Below are positions 1 to 8,263 of a DNA stretch of 64,000 nt, in pieces (within the stretch, counting starts at the first letter, position 1; each line of letters opens with the position of its first letter). The position numbers and the translations under genes were made by a program. The notes beneath the pieces were generated by a model that saw only the letters and a program-made list of their open reading frames with translations, ran no database searches and had not been told where the DNA came from. The DNA is taken from positions 1,050,227 to 1,114,226 of the forward strand of contig OZ244804.1 of the NCBI GenBank assembly GCA_965220065.1, read 5' to 3'. The DNA is from Candidatus Poribacteria bacterium. GTDB lineage: Bacteria > Poribacteria > WGA-4E > WGA-3G.

Positions 1-1
1 G

Positions 2-574
2 GTGTGGGTCTCCAACTACCTCGGGCAAACTGGGTCAATCGACCCACGCGTAGATGTCAACAGAGACGGTATCGTCACGATTGCCGATCTGGTGTGGGTC
101 GCACAATACCTTAGCCAGTCGACATCTTCGACAGCACCCGCCGCTGTTGTTGTTCCCGTAGGACTGCAGTATAGCACAGTTGCTGGATGGATAGACCAAG
201 CGCGCGTAGAAGATGACGGGTCGCTTGTTTTCCATCAAGGTATTGCGAAACTTGAATATCTGCTAACCCTGATAATCCCGGAAGAAACGGCACTGCTCAC
301 CAACTACCCAAATCCGTTCAATCCGGAGACATGGATACCGTATCACCTTACGATGCCAGCGGATGTGACACTGACGATCTATGCGATAGATGGCAAGGTC
401 GTGCGGCGGTTGGATTTGGGGCATCAAGCGGCTGGCTATTATCAGAGCAAGACGCGTGCGGCGTATTGGGATGGCAGAAACAGTGTCGGCGAGCGCGTCG
501 CCAGTGGGATTTATTTTTACACGTTGACTGTTGGCGATTTTTCTGCCACGAAGAAGATGTTAATAAGGAAGTAA
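2..574 (+). CDS. 3' part of a secreted protein: dockerin-like EF-hand repeat + C-terminal FlgD-Ig/T9SS-type-A-like sorting domain (5'-truncated by window)
   Basis: DVNRDGIVTIADLV dockerin motif; C-terminal NYPNPFNPETWIPY...YWDGRN..GERVASGIYFYTL...KKMLIRK. Confidence 0.85.
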   Translation: MWVSNYLGQTGSIDPRVDVNRDGIVTIADLVWVAQYLSQSTSSTAPAAVVVPVGLQYSTVAGWIDQARVEDDGSLVFHQGIAKLEYLLTLIIPEETALLTNYPNPFNPETWIPYHLTMPADVTLTIYAIDGKVVRRLDLGHQAAGYYQSKTRAAYWDGRNSVGERVASGIYFYTLTVGDFSATKKMLIRK

Positions 575-585
575 AATCGGATTTT

Positions 586-617
586 GTAAGGGCGGATCTC
601 TGGATTCGTTCTTTACA
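586..617. repeat. REP-like imperfect palindrome / possible terminator after CTD gene
   Basis: GTAAGGGCGGATC-TCTG-GATTCGTTCTTTAC; related GGGCGGA...TCCGCCC hairpin at 1662-1683 follows the next CTD gene. Confidence 0.5.
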
Positions 618-644
618 CCCATTCTTGATTGGGAGATGCTTTTC

Positions 645-1640
645 ATGAACAAGCCAAGGGTTTTCATCTTGGTGACTCTATTGGGCTCCATCTTTTGTCT
701 GATACATGACAGCGAATCTATGCCACAGGAAGGAGCGATACCTGCTATAAAGGTGCTGAAAACGACGGAGAGTTTCACTATTAGAAGTGTTGATCGACTC
801 GGGACTGGACGAAATGAGGTCCCCTGGGTGAAGGTTCTTGAATTCCCAGGCCCAGTGGTGCAGGCGAGAGCTATCTGGCATGAAAGGATTGGAAGGGGGG
901 CTGTAACAGACGTAACCGTGAGGGGCAACAGCGTTACAGTCTCAGGCAAGGTTCAGTATCTGTTAGGCCACACTGCTGTATTAGATGTGAGAGTCGAGGC
1001 AGCTTACCTTTCGATATCACTACCGGGCGCGGGGGATTTGAACCGCGATGGCGCTGTGAACATTCAGGATCTGGTGTTCATTGCCTCTCATTTCGGATGG
1101 ACAGGTAAGCATGTTGCGGATGTAAATAAGGATGGTATTGTCAATATCCAGGACCTTGTTTTAGTTGCTAACGCGCTGAGTGGGGTAGCCTCTGCCCCTA
1201 ACGTTCATGTGCAATCTTTAGGGATGTTGGGTGAGCGAGAGGTGCAGCAGTGGCTTTTACAAGCACAACAGTTAAACCCAATGGATATCAGGTCAAAACT
1301 CGGGATGGCTGTACTTGAACAACTCCTCGCGGTTTTGAGAACTCCGAAAAAGACAGTATTACTCCCCAACTTCCCGAACCCGTTTAACCCAGAAACATGG
1401 ATACCGTATCATCTCGCAGAATCAGCGAACGTGACACTGAGGATCTATTCCGCGGATGGGAAATTGGTTCGGACGCTGGCACTCGGACATCAACCTGCGG
1501 GTATCTATGAGAACAAGAGCCGCGCAGCATACTGGGACGGCAGGAATACTCACAGCGAGCGCGTCGCCAGCGGTCTGTATTTCTACACACTCACCGCTGG
1601 AGATTTCACAGCTACAAGAAAGATGTTGATAATGAAGTAA
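645..1640 (+). CDS. Secreted protein: signal peptide, ~90-aa unassigned beta-rich domain, dockerin pair, C-terminal FlgD-Ig/T9SS-like domain
   Basis: Hydrophobic N-terminus; GDLNRDGAVNIQDLV / ADVNKDGIVNIQDLV; NFPNPFNPETWIPY...RKMLIMK; start could be 636 or 645. Confidence 0.85.
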   Translation: MNKPRVFILVTLLGSIFCLIHDSESMPQEGAIPAIKVLKTTESFTIRSVDRLGTGRNEVPWVKVLEFPGPVVQARAIWHERIGRGAVTDVTVRGNSVTVSGKVQYLLGHTAVLDVRVEAAYLSISLPGAGDLNRDGAVNIQDLVFIASHFGWTGKHVADVNKDGIVNIQDLVLVANALSGVASAPNVHVQSLGMLGEREVQQWLLQAQQLNPMDIRSKLGMAVLEQLLAVLRTPKKTVLLPNFPNPFNPETWIPYHLAESANVTLRIYSADGKLVRTLALGHQPAGIYENKSRAAYWDGRNTHSERVASGLYFYTLTAGDFTATRKMLIMK

Positions 1641-1714
1641 TTTGTTAACCTACCCCAATACGGGCGGATTTCAAGGTCCGCCCATTTTCGTTGAAGATGT
1701 GTAGGAGGAATCCC

Positions 1715-2275
1715 ATGCAATTACAGAAGGTTCAACTTTACATCGCTTTGATGTTCGCGTTGTTCCCTAATTATGTGTTCGCGTCCTTTTCTCTAAAGAA
1801 AACTTATACTTTACGAGAATCCCAAAAGAACGAAAAGTGGCTGTTTGACCGCCGTGTTCTTAAACTTGACGCAGCGGATGCATACTATCTGCACGGCAGC
1901 CCCTGGAAGAAGACCTATACTTTCCGTGGTAGATATGGTGATTGTGAGGCAGATCATTCTGACAATTTCCGCGGTAGATACTTATGGTGTCCGGTAAATC
2001 ATTTCAGGTATACCCGCAACTATACCCAGTGTTTTGTCTGTAATTATAGCTTCAGGGAACATTTTCATTGGACGCAGCAGAAATTTTTTGTAGAGGGAAT
2101 CGGTCAATTTGACAGCAGCAAAAATACCGCGAGACCGTACGTCTCAAAAATCCTCGGAGAAGGTTTGGAACGGATGAGTCGATGGAAGACATCCACCGTG
2201 CGCTTGAACACGGATTTTAATCCTAAAATTAGTGTCCGCTGCCAGCACGGGGCGTGTGTAATTGGTTTTCCATAA
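1715..2275 (+). CDS. Secreted Cys-rich hypothetical protein (copy 1; paralogue at 15472-16032)
   Basis: AGGAGG RBS before ATG 1715; signal peptide ending VFA; six Cys; near-identical second copy. Confidence 0.8.
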   Translation: MQLQKVQLYIALMFALFPNYVFASFSLKKTYTLRESQKNEKWLFDRRVLKLDAADAYYLHGSPWKKTYTFRGRYGDCEADHSDNFRGRYLWCPVNHFRYTRNYTQCFVCNYSFREHFHWTQQKFFVEGIGQFDSSKNTARPYVSKILGEGLERMSRWKTSTVRLNTDFNPKISVRCQHGACVIGFP

Positions 2276-2356
2276 TCTGGGGTGTATAGGAACTCCTTGT
2301 AGCGTCCATTGTGAGTTTGCGCATGGACCGGCATAAAACAGAATCAGGAGAATCTC

Positions 2357-3193
2357 ATGATTTTACAACAAATGAAACCAAGAACAGTGGCGATCCTATG
2401 GTTTTACGGACCTTTTGTTCTACTGTTTGCTATCGTAGGCTTCCTTAACTGCGTAGCGGCAGAAAATGAAACCGAGTGGATGCCGGACGGGCATCTCAGA
2501 GCGGGAGTGCGAGAAGCTCTCAAGCTTGCCCCAGATGCCTCGCTTACACCGCAGGCGTTAGAGGCGTTGACAGAGTTGCAGGCTGCCCGGCAAGGGATCA
2601 CATCTCTCATAGGGTTAGAGTATGCCACGGGATTGGAGGTGTTAAATCTCTCTGAAAATCAAGTCAGTGATATAACACCCCTGGCAAATTTGACGGGATT
2701 GAAGACGTTAGAGATTCACAGTAATAACATAAGGGATCTCACGCCCCTGGTAGACCTAACCGGGTTGAAGGTGCTAAATATCTCCTATAATGAGATAAGG
2801 GATCTCACGCCACTAACAGACCTGACCCGATTGCAGGAATTAGGTCTCGCAGGGAATGCGATAAGTAATCACACGCCCTTATTAAACTTGACGGGACTGA
2901 AGAAACTAAATATCTCCAATAATTCAATAAGTGATCTTACGTTATTGTCGAATCTGACCCAATTGCAGGAATTAGACCTCAGGGGGAATGATGGGATAAG
3001 TAATCTCACGCCACTCGTAAATCTCACCGGATTGAAGCGGTTATATCTCAATAATAATCAGATCAGCGATATCAGTGTTCTCACGCAGTTGACAAACTTG
3101 GAAGCGTTAAAAATCCAGTCAAATCCGATTCAGGATGTAACACCTTTGCGGACACTCCGTAAAAACAATCCGAAAATAACGATAGATGAATAA
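2357..3193 (+). CDS. Secreted internalin-like leucine-rich repeat protein
   Basis: Signal peptide, WMPDxxLR N-cap, 22-aa LxxLxLxxNxIxDLTPL repeats, NPIQDVTPL C-cap. Confidence 0.9.
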   Translation: MILQQMKPRTVAILWFYGPFVLLFAIVGFLNCVAAENETEWMPDGHLRAGVREALKLAPDASLTPQALEALTELQAARQGITSLIGLEYATGLEVLNLSENQVSDITPLANLTGLKTLEIHSNNIRDLTPLVDLTGLKVLNISYNEIRDLTPLTDLTRLQELGLAGNAISNHTPLLNLTGLKKLNISNNSISDLTLLSNLTQLQELDLRGNDGISNLTPLVNLTGLKRLYLNNNQISDISVLTQLTNLEALKIQSNPIQDVTPLRTLRKNNPKITIDE

Positions 3194-3233
3194 CGATAAA
3201 CGAACAGATACTCTCAAACTTGGAAGGAATCCC

Positions 3234-5021
3234 ATGCAATTAATGAAAACGCGTGTAATCAGCCTAATCACCGCGCTGTGCGCCCTATTTTTCATGAGAG
3301 CCGCCCCTGCCGAAGTCGTCTCCATTTGGGATGAAAACCTCCGGGCAGTGATTCTCAAGAAACTCAACAAACCCAACCCCAAAGCCACCATCACGACATC
3401 GGACATGCTGCAACTGACGGAGTTGCGGCTTGAGGATGTCAACTTTTCCACGCTCAAGGGCCTGGAACACGCCACGAATCTGACAACACTTCATCTCAGC
3501 TGGGATGACGCAGTGTCGCCGATGCAACGGTCCGACCACACCTCGGATGTGTCGCCGCTCACAACCTTGACCCAACTGAAAACATTGGTTCTCAACGGTA
3601 GTAACATCAAAGATGTATCGCCGCTGGCAAACTTGACACAACTCACGGAACTGCGTCTGACTTTCAGTAACCTCAGAGATGTATCGCCGCTCGCAAAATT
3701 GAAAAACTTGAGGGTGCTGGACCTTCACAATTACCGCTATGACAATGACCGTAGCGTGGATATGTCGCCACTCGCACACTTGACACAACTCACAGAACTG
3801 AACCTCACCGGTAATGGGATATCAGATGTATCTTGGCTGACCGGCTTGATGAATCTAACAACGTTGAACCTAACTTACAACGCCATTGTAGATGTATCTC
3901 CGCTCACCGGATTGACGAACCTGACAGTGCTGGACCTTAGCAATAACAACATCGTAGATGTGGTGCCACTCACCAGCTTGATGAACCTGCCACAGCTAGA
4001 TTTGAGTAGCAACCGCATCGTAGATGTCTCGCCACTCGCAAAATTGACACAACTGGTGAAACTCGATCTTACGGGCAATCAAATAGATGTATCCTCGCTC
4101 ACCGGCTTCACAAACCTGACAGAGTTGGACCTGAGTGGCAACCGCATCGTAGATGTATCGCCACTCGCACACTTGACTAACCTCACAGAACTGGGGATTT
4201 CCGGCAACAAAATATCAGATGTATCCTCGCTGACCGGCTTGACGAACTTGGAAAGACTGAGCTTAGGTGGCAACTTTCCGCTCTCATTTTGTGCGCCGCT
4301 TGCGCACTTGACGAATTTGACAGAACTGAGCCTTGCGCACACCGTCATCTTTGACCTGTCCGCCGTCGGCAACTTGACGAATCTGGCACGCCTGCGTCTG
4401 AGCAACAGCCGCGTTTCAGATGTATCTTGGATCGCTAATTTAACACACCTCACGATGCTGGACCTTTCTTGGAACGATATCTCAGATATTTCAGGGCTTG
4501 CCAATTGCAGAAACCTGACGGAACTGTCTCTTGACAACAATCCACTCTCGGACCTGACCCCTCTCGCTGAACTCACGCACCTGAAACGGCTGCGGATTGA
4601 CAATCGCCACCACAACAATGCGATCGTAGACATGTCACCCCTTGCAAATCTAATACACCTGGAGGCGTTGTCTCTTGAAAGCAATGCGATCGTAGACGTG
4701 TCGCCACTTGCGAACCTAATACAACTAACAACGTTGTCTCTTGAAAGCAATGCGATTGTAGACGTGTCACCCCTTGCGAACCTAATACATCTGAAAGAGT
4801 TGTCTCTTGAAAGAAATGGGATCGTAGACGTGTCACCCCTTGCGAACCTAACACACCTGAGGTCCTTGAGGGCTGTGTACAACAACATTTCTGATATTTC
4901 ACCACTCACCGCGCTAACACAATTGAGAAGTCTGGGAATTGGGGGAAATCCGCTAAATGCGGATGCTTTCAGCGTACATATCCCGGCAATGAGGGCGAAT
5001 GGTACAAAGTGTTACCCGTAA
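3234..5021 (+). CDS. Secreted internalin-like LRR protein
   Basis: GGAAGGAATCCC-ATG start; signal peptide ...RAAPA; >20 LRR units; NPLNADAF C-cap. Confidence 0.9.
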   Translation: MQLMKTRVISLITALCALFFMRAAPAEVVSIWDENLRAVILKKLNKPNPKATITTSDMLQLTELRLEDVNFSTLKGLEHATNLTTLHLSWDDAVSPMQRSDHTSDVSPLTTLTQLKTLVLNGSNIKDVSPLANLTQLTELRLTFSNLRDVSPLAKLKNLRVLDLHNYRYDNDRSVDMSPLAHLTQLTELNLTGNGISDVSWLTGLMNLTTLNLTYNAIVDVSPLTGLTNLTVLDLSNNNIVDVVPLTSLMNLPQLDLSSNRIVDVSPLAKLTQLVKLDLTGNQIDVSSLTGFTNLTELDLSGNRIVDVSPLAHLTNLTELGISGNKISDVSSLTGLTNLERLSLGGNFPLSFCAPLAHLTNLTELSLAHTVIFDLSAVGNLTNLARLRLSNSRVSDVSWIANLTHLTMLDLSWNDISDISGLANCRNLTELSLDNNPLSDLTPLAELTHLKRLRIDNRHHNNAIVDMSPLANLIHLEALSLESNAIVDVSPLANLIQLTTLSLESNAIVDVSPLANLIHLKELSLERNGIVDVSPLANLTHLRSLRAVYNNISDISPLTALTQLRSLGIGGNPLNADAFSVHIPAMRANGTKCYP

Positions 5022-5092
5022 AGCTACTATCAAAATCCTTACCCTTTCGGCAGAACAGCAGAGCAATGATGTTCAAAGTAGGAGAATGTATT

Positions 5093-6022
5093 ATGAAAAT
5101 CTTTATCAACTTTTCTATATTCATAAGTCTTTGCGGCGTTGTCTTTTTCTTCACCACTCTGGTGAGCTATAGCCAGAAGAATGTAACAGAGAAAGCCTTA
5201 GGTGAGTCTGCTCCCGTCGAAGGTGTAGCTCCCGAAGGCATGGTGCTTATTCCCGCTGGCGAATTTGTGATGGGTAGCAACTACAAGCTGGCAAGCTCAG
5301 GCCCCGTGTTCTATACCGATGATATGTTCTATGCTGAAAAGCCGGTACACACCGTCCACGTTGATGCGTTCTATATGGATAAATACGAGGTGACCAATGT
5401 GCAGTATAAGGCGTTTGTAGATGCCAATCCACAGTGGCGGAAAGATGGGAAGCTGCACGGATCGTTTTACACTAAGTCTTATCTAAACGATTGGAATGAT
5501 AATAATTATCCGGAGGGCGAAGGCGACCATCCGGTGCATTATGTGACTTGGCATGCGGCGATGGCATATGCCGAGTGGACAGGTAAACGTTTGCCGACAG
5601 AGGCAGAGTGGGAGAAGGCCGCACGCGGCGGGTTGTTGGGTAAAATGTATCCGCATGGGGACACCATTGATAAGACCAAAGCGAACTATGACAGTAATGT
5701 TTTCGATACGACTCCCGTCGGGAGTTATCTCCCCAATGGGTATGGTTTATACGATATGGCAGGGAATGTCTGGGAATGGTGCCTTGATGCGTATGATGCA
5801 AGTTTCTATGCGAAGTCTCCGCGTGAGAATCCACTCTCAGGGGCGGACACGATACAGGAGATATTAGATAAATATACGGATGTTAAGGAGGCTCGCGTCA
5901 TACGCGGCGGCGACATGAACAGTAATCCACCTTGGGTGCGGGTCGCCTATCGCGGTCGCATGAGACCAGGGACCATACTCAGCGGCCCCGGTTTTCGGTG
6001 TGTGAAGGATGTAACCCCTTAA
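5093..6022 (+). CDS. Exported FGE-sulfatase (SUMF1 / C-type lectin fold) domain protein; candidate DGR target
   Basis: GGAG RBS; PEGMVLIPAGEF, RLPTEAEWEKAARGG, NGYGLYDMAGNVWEW, RVIRGG...GFRC motifs. Confidence 0.9.
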   Translation: MKIFINFSIFISLCGVVFFFTTLVSYSQKNVTEKALGESAPVEGVAPEGMVLIPAGEFVMGSNYKLASSGPVFYTDDMFYAEKPVHTVHVDAFYMDKYEVTNVQYKAFVDANPQWRKDGKLHGSFYTKSYLNDWNDNNYPEGEGDHPVHYVTWHAAMAYAEWTGKRLPTEAEWEKAARGGLLGKMYPHGDTIDKTKANYDSNVFDTTPVGSYLPNGYGLYDMAGNVWEWCLDAYDASFYAKSPRENPLSGADTIQEILDKYTDVKEARVIRGGDMNSNPPWVRVAYRGRMRPGTILSGPGFRCVKDVTP

Positions 6023-6049
6023 ATTTTTTTACCTTATAAGGAAAATCCC

Positions 6050-7744
6050 ATGATTTTACAGCAAGTGAAACGAAAAACAGTGGCAACCCTACAGTTTTAC
6101 GGACATTTTGTGGTGCTATTTGCTGTCGTAGGCCTACTTAACGCCGCGGCGGCAGAAAATGAAACCCAGTGGATGCCCGACGAGCATCTCAGGGCGGCAG
6201 TGCGAGAAACCCTCAGTATTGCACCAGACACCTCGCTCACGCCGCAGGCGTTAGAAGAGTTGACGGAGTTGCATATCGAGGATGTCAACTTTTCCACGCT
6301 CAAGGGTCTCGAACACGCCACAAATCTGACAATACTTCATCTCAGCTGGGATACCGCGGTGCATCCCAGAAACAGGTACAACTACGCCTCGGATGTCTCA
6401 CCGCTCACAAACTTGACACAACTGAAAATACTGGTTCTGCATCACAGTAGAATTAAAGATGTGTCCCCTCTCGCAAAATTGACGCAACTCACGGAACTGC
6501 ATCTTACTCCCGATAGTAACATCGTAGATGTATCGCCGCTCGCAAAATTGAAAAACTTGACTGTCCTGAACCTTAACTGGAACCAAATAAGAGATGTGTC
6601 CCCTCTCGCAAAATTGACGCAACTCATCGAACTGAATCTTGCCGGCAATCAGATATCAGATGTATCCTCGCTCACCGACTTGACGAATCTAACAGCGTTG
6701 AACCTAACTAACAATCGCATCGGAGATGTGTCCCCTCTCGCAAAATTGACAAATCTGCTAAGGCTGGACCTTACCAATAACCAAATAGGAGATGTGTCCC
6801 CTCTCGCAAAATTGACACAACTCATAGGGATGAACCTGAGTGGCAACCGCATCGGAGATGTATCCTCGCTCGCCGGCTTGACAAACCTGACTGAGCTGGA
6901 CTTGAGTGGCAATGACATCGTAGATGTGGCACCCCTCACAAAATTGAAAAACCTCCTGGAACTGCGTCTTGCTGGCAATGAAATATCTGATATATCCTCG
7001 CTCACCGGCTTGACGAATTTGACAGAACTCCACCTTGGAGGTAACGTCATCTTTGATCTGCCTGCCATCGGCGACTTGAGGAATCTGGTACATCTGCGTC
7101 TGAACAACAGCCGCATTTCAGATGTCTCTTGGATCGCCAGTCTAACACAACTGACAATACTGGACCTCTCCTCTAACAAGATCTCATATCTTTCACCACA
7201 ACTTGCCAATTGCAAAAACTTGACAGCATTGGATATTTCCTACAATCCACTTTCGGATCTGACATCTCTTGCTGAACTCACGCAACTGAAACGGCTACGG
7301 ATTGTAAACCCCTCCAACGACAATGTGATCGTAGATGTATCACCCCTTGCAAACCTAACACAACTGACAGAGTTGTTTCTTGAGGACAATGCGATCGTGG
7401 ACGTGTCGCCTCTTGCCAACCTAACACAATTGAAGAAGTTGTCCCTTGACAGAAACGCGATTGTAGATGTGTCGCCCTTGGGGAATCTCATACACCTGAA
7501 AGAGTTGTCTCTTGTAAGCAACGCGATCGTGGACGTGTCGCCTCTTGCCAACCTAACACAACTGACACTTTTGAGTGTTGAGGAAAACAGCATTTTTACT
7601 GTTTTACCGCTCACCGTACTAATACCAGCACAACTGAGAGGGCTGTCGATTCAAGGCAATCCGCTAAATGCTGATGCTTTCGTACATATCTCTGCAATGA
7701 AGGAGAAAGGGATATCGGTCCGTTCTGACTACAGAAAAGATTAA
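6050..7744 (+). CDS. Secreted LRR protein, chimera of the 2357-type N-terminus and 3234-type body
   Basis: LRR repeats; 5' ~210 nt match gene 2357, remainder matches gene 3234. Confidence 0.9.
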   Translation: MILQQVKRKTVATLQFYGHFVVLFAVVGLLNAAAAENETQWMPDEHLRAAVRETLSIAPDTSLTPQALEELTELHIEDVNFSTLKGLEHATNLTILHLSWDTAVHPRNRYNYASDVSPLTNLTQLKILVLHHSRIKDVSPLAKLTQLTELHLTPDSNIVDVSPLAKLKNLTVLNLNWNQIRDVSPLAKLTQLIELNLAGNQISDVSSLTDLTNLTALNLTNNRIGDVSPLAKLTNLLRLDLTNNQIGDVSPLAKLTQLIGMNLSGNRIGDVSSLAGLTNLTELDLSGNDIVDVAPLTKLKNLLELRLAGNEISDISSLTGLTNLTELHLGGNVIFDLPAIGDLRNLVHLRLNNSRISDVSWIASLTQLTILDLSSNKISYLSPQLANCKNLTALDISYNPLSDLTSLAELTQLKRLRIVNPSNDNVIVDVSPLANLTQLTELFLEDNAIVDVSPLANLTQLKKLSLDRNAIVDVSPLGNLIHLKELSLVSNAIVDVSPLANLTQLTLLSVEENSIFTVLPLTVLIPAQLRGLSIQGNPLNADAFVHISAMKEKGISVRSDYRKD

Positions 7745-8016
7745 AAGTTTGGACAATTGTCTCCAAACTGTAAGCAAGTTTAAGTATTAACATTCAAGGG
7801 CAGCTTTATTCCCTATGGCCGCCCAACAGGTTCAATAATTCCGTTAGGACACCTTTCAATCCACAAACATCTACAATCACAGAAATCACAGTTCAGACAA
7901 TGAGCTGTAGCATAGACTGTGAGTCTGTGCATAAGGGTACGCAACCGAACAGGATACGCTACAAAACCGTGCGGGTATCAGCGCTTTTCAATGAAAAAGG
8001 GAGCTGAGTTAAACCT

Positions 8017-8062
8017 GCCCTATCTCGTGCAGTGAATATGGCGTATGCCCTATTTCGTGCAG
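8017..8062 (+). promoter_or_regulatory. Tandem putative enhancer-binding-protein sites (UAS)
   Basis: GCCCTATCTCGTGCAG (8017) and GCCCTATTTCGTGCAG (8047), 30-bp period, upstream of a sigma-54 motif. Confidence 0.65.
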
Positions 8063-8122
8063 CTTTTTTCCGCATTCCACAGGAAATTCCACCGATTTCC
8101 ATTCGTATGCTATTGTCCAGAG

Positions 8123-8138
8123 TGGCACGGAATTTGCG
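8123..8138 (+). promoter_or_regulatory. Sigma-54 (-24/-12) promoter
   Basis: TGGCAC-GGAAT-TTGC matches TGGCAC-N5-TTGC with exact spacing. Confidence 0.75.
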
Positions 8139-8263
8139 CATTGCTACGGTAACATGCGTTCGGTTTTAGTACTTAAAAAGAACTCGCGTTTTTTGGTCTT
8201 GAAGATGTTATTCATATAAGTACCTCCAAAATCTACCATAAATAACCCGACAGGAGCATTTAT

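Noticed and set aside
7745-8263. DGR template repeat or RT in the long intergenic gaps (also 10346-10605)
   Set aside because: No AAC-rich copy of the FGE 3' ends and no RT motifs seen; the gaps hold hairpins and sigma-54 elements
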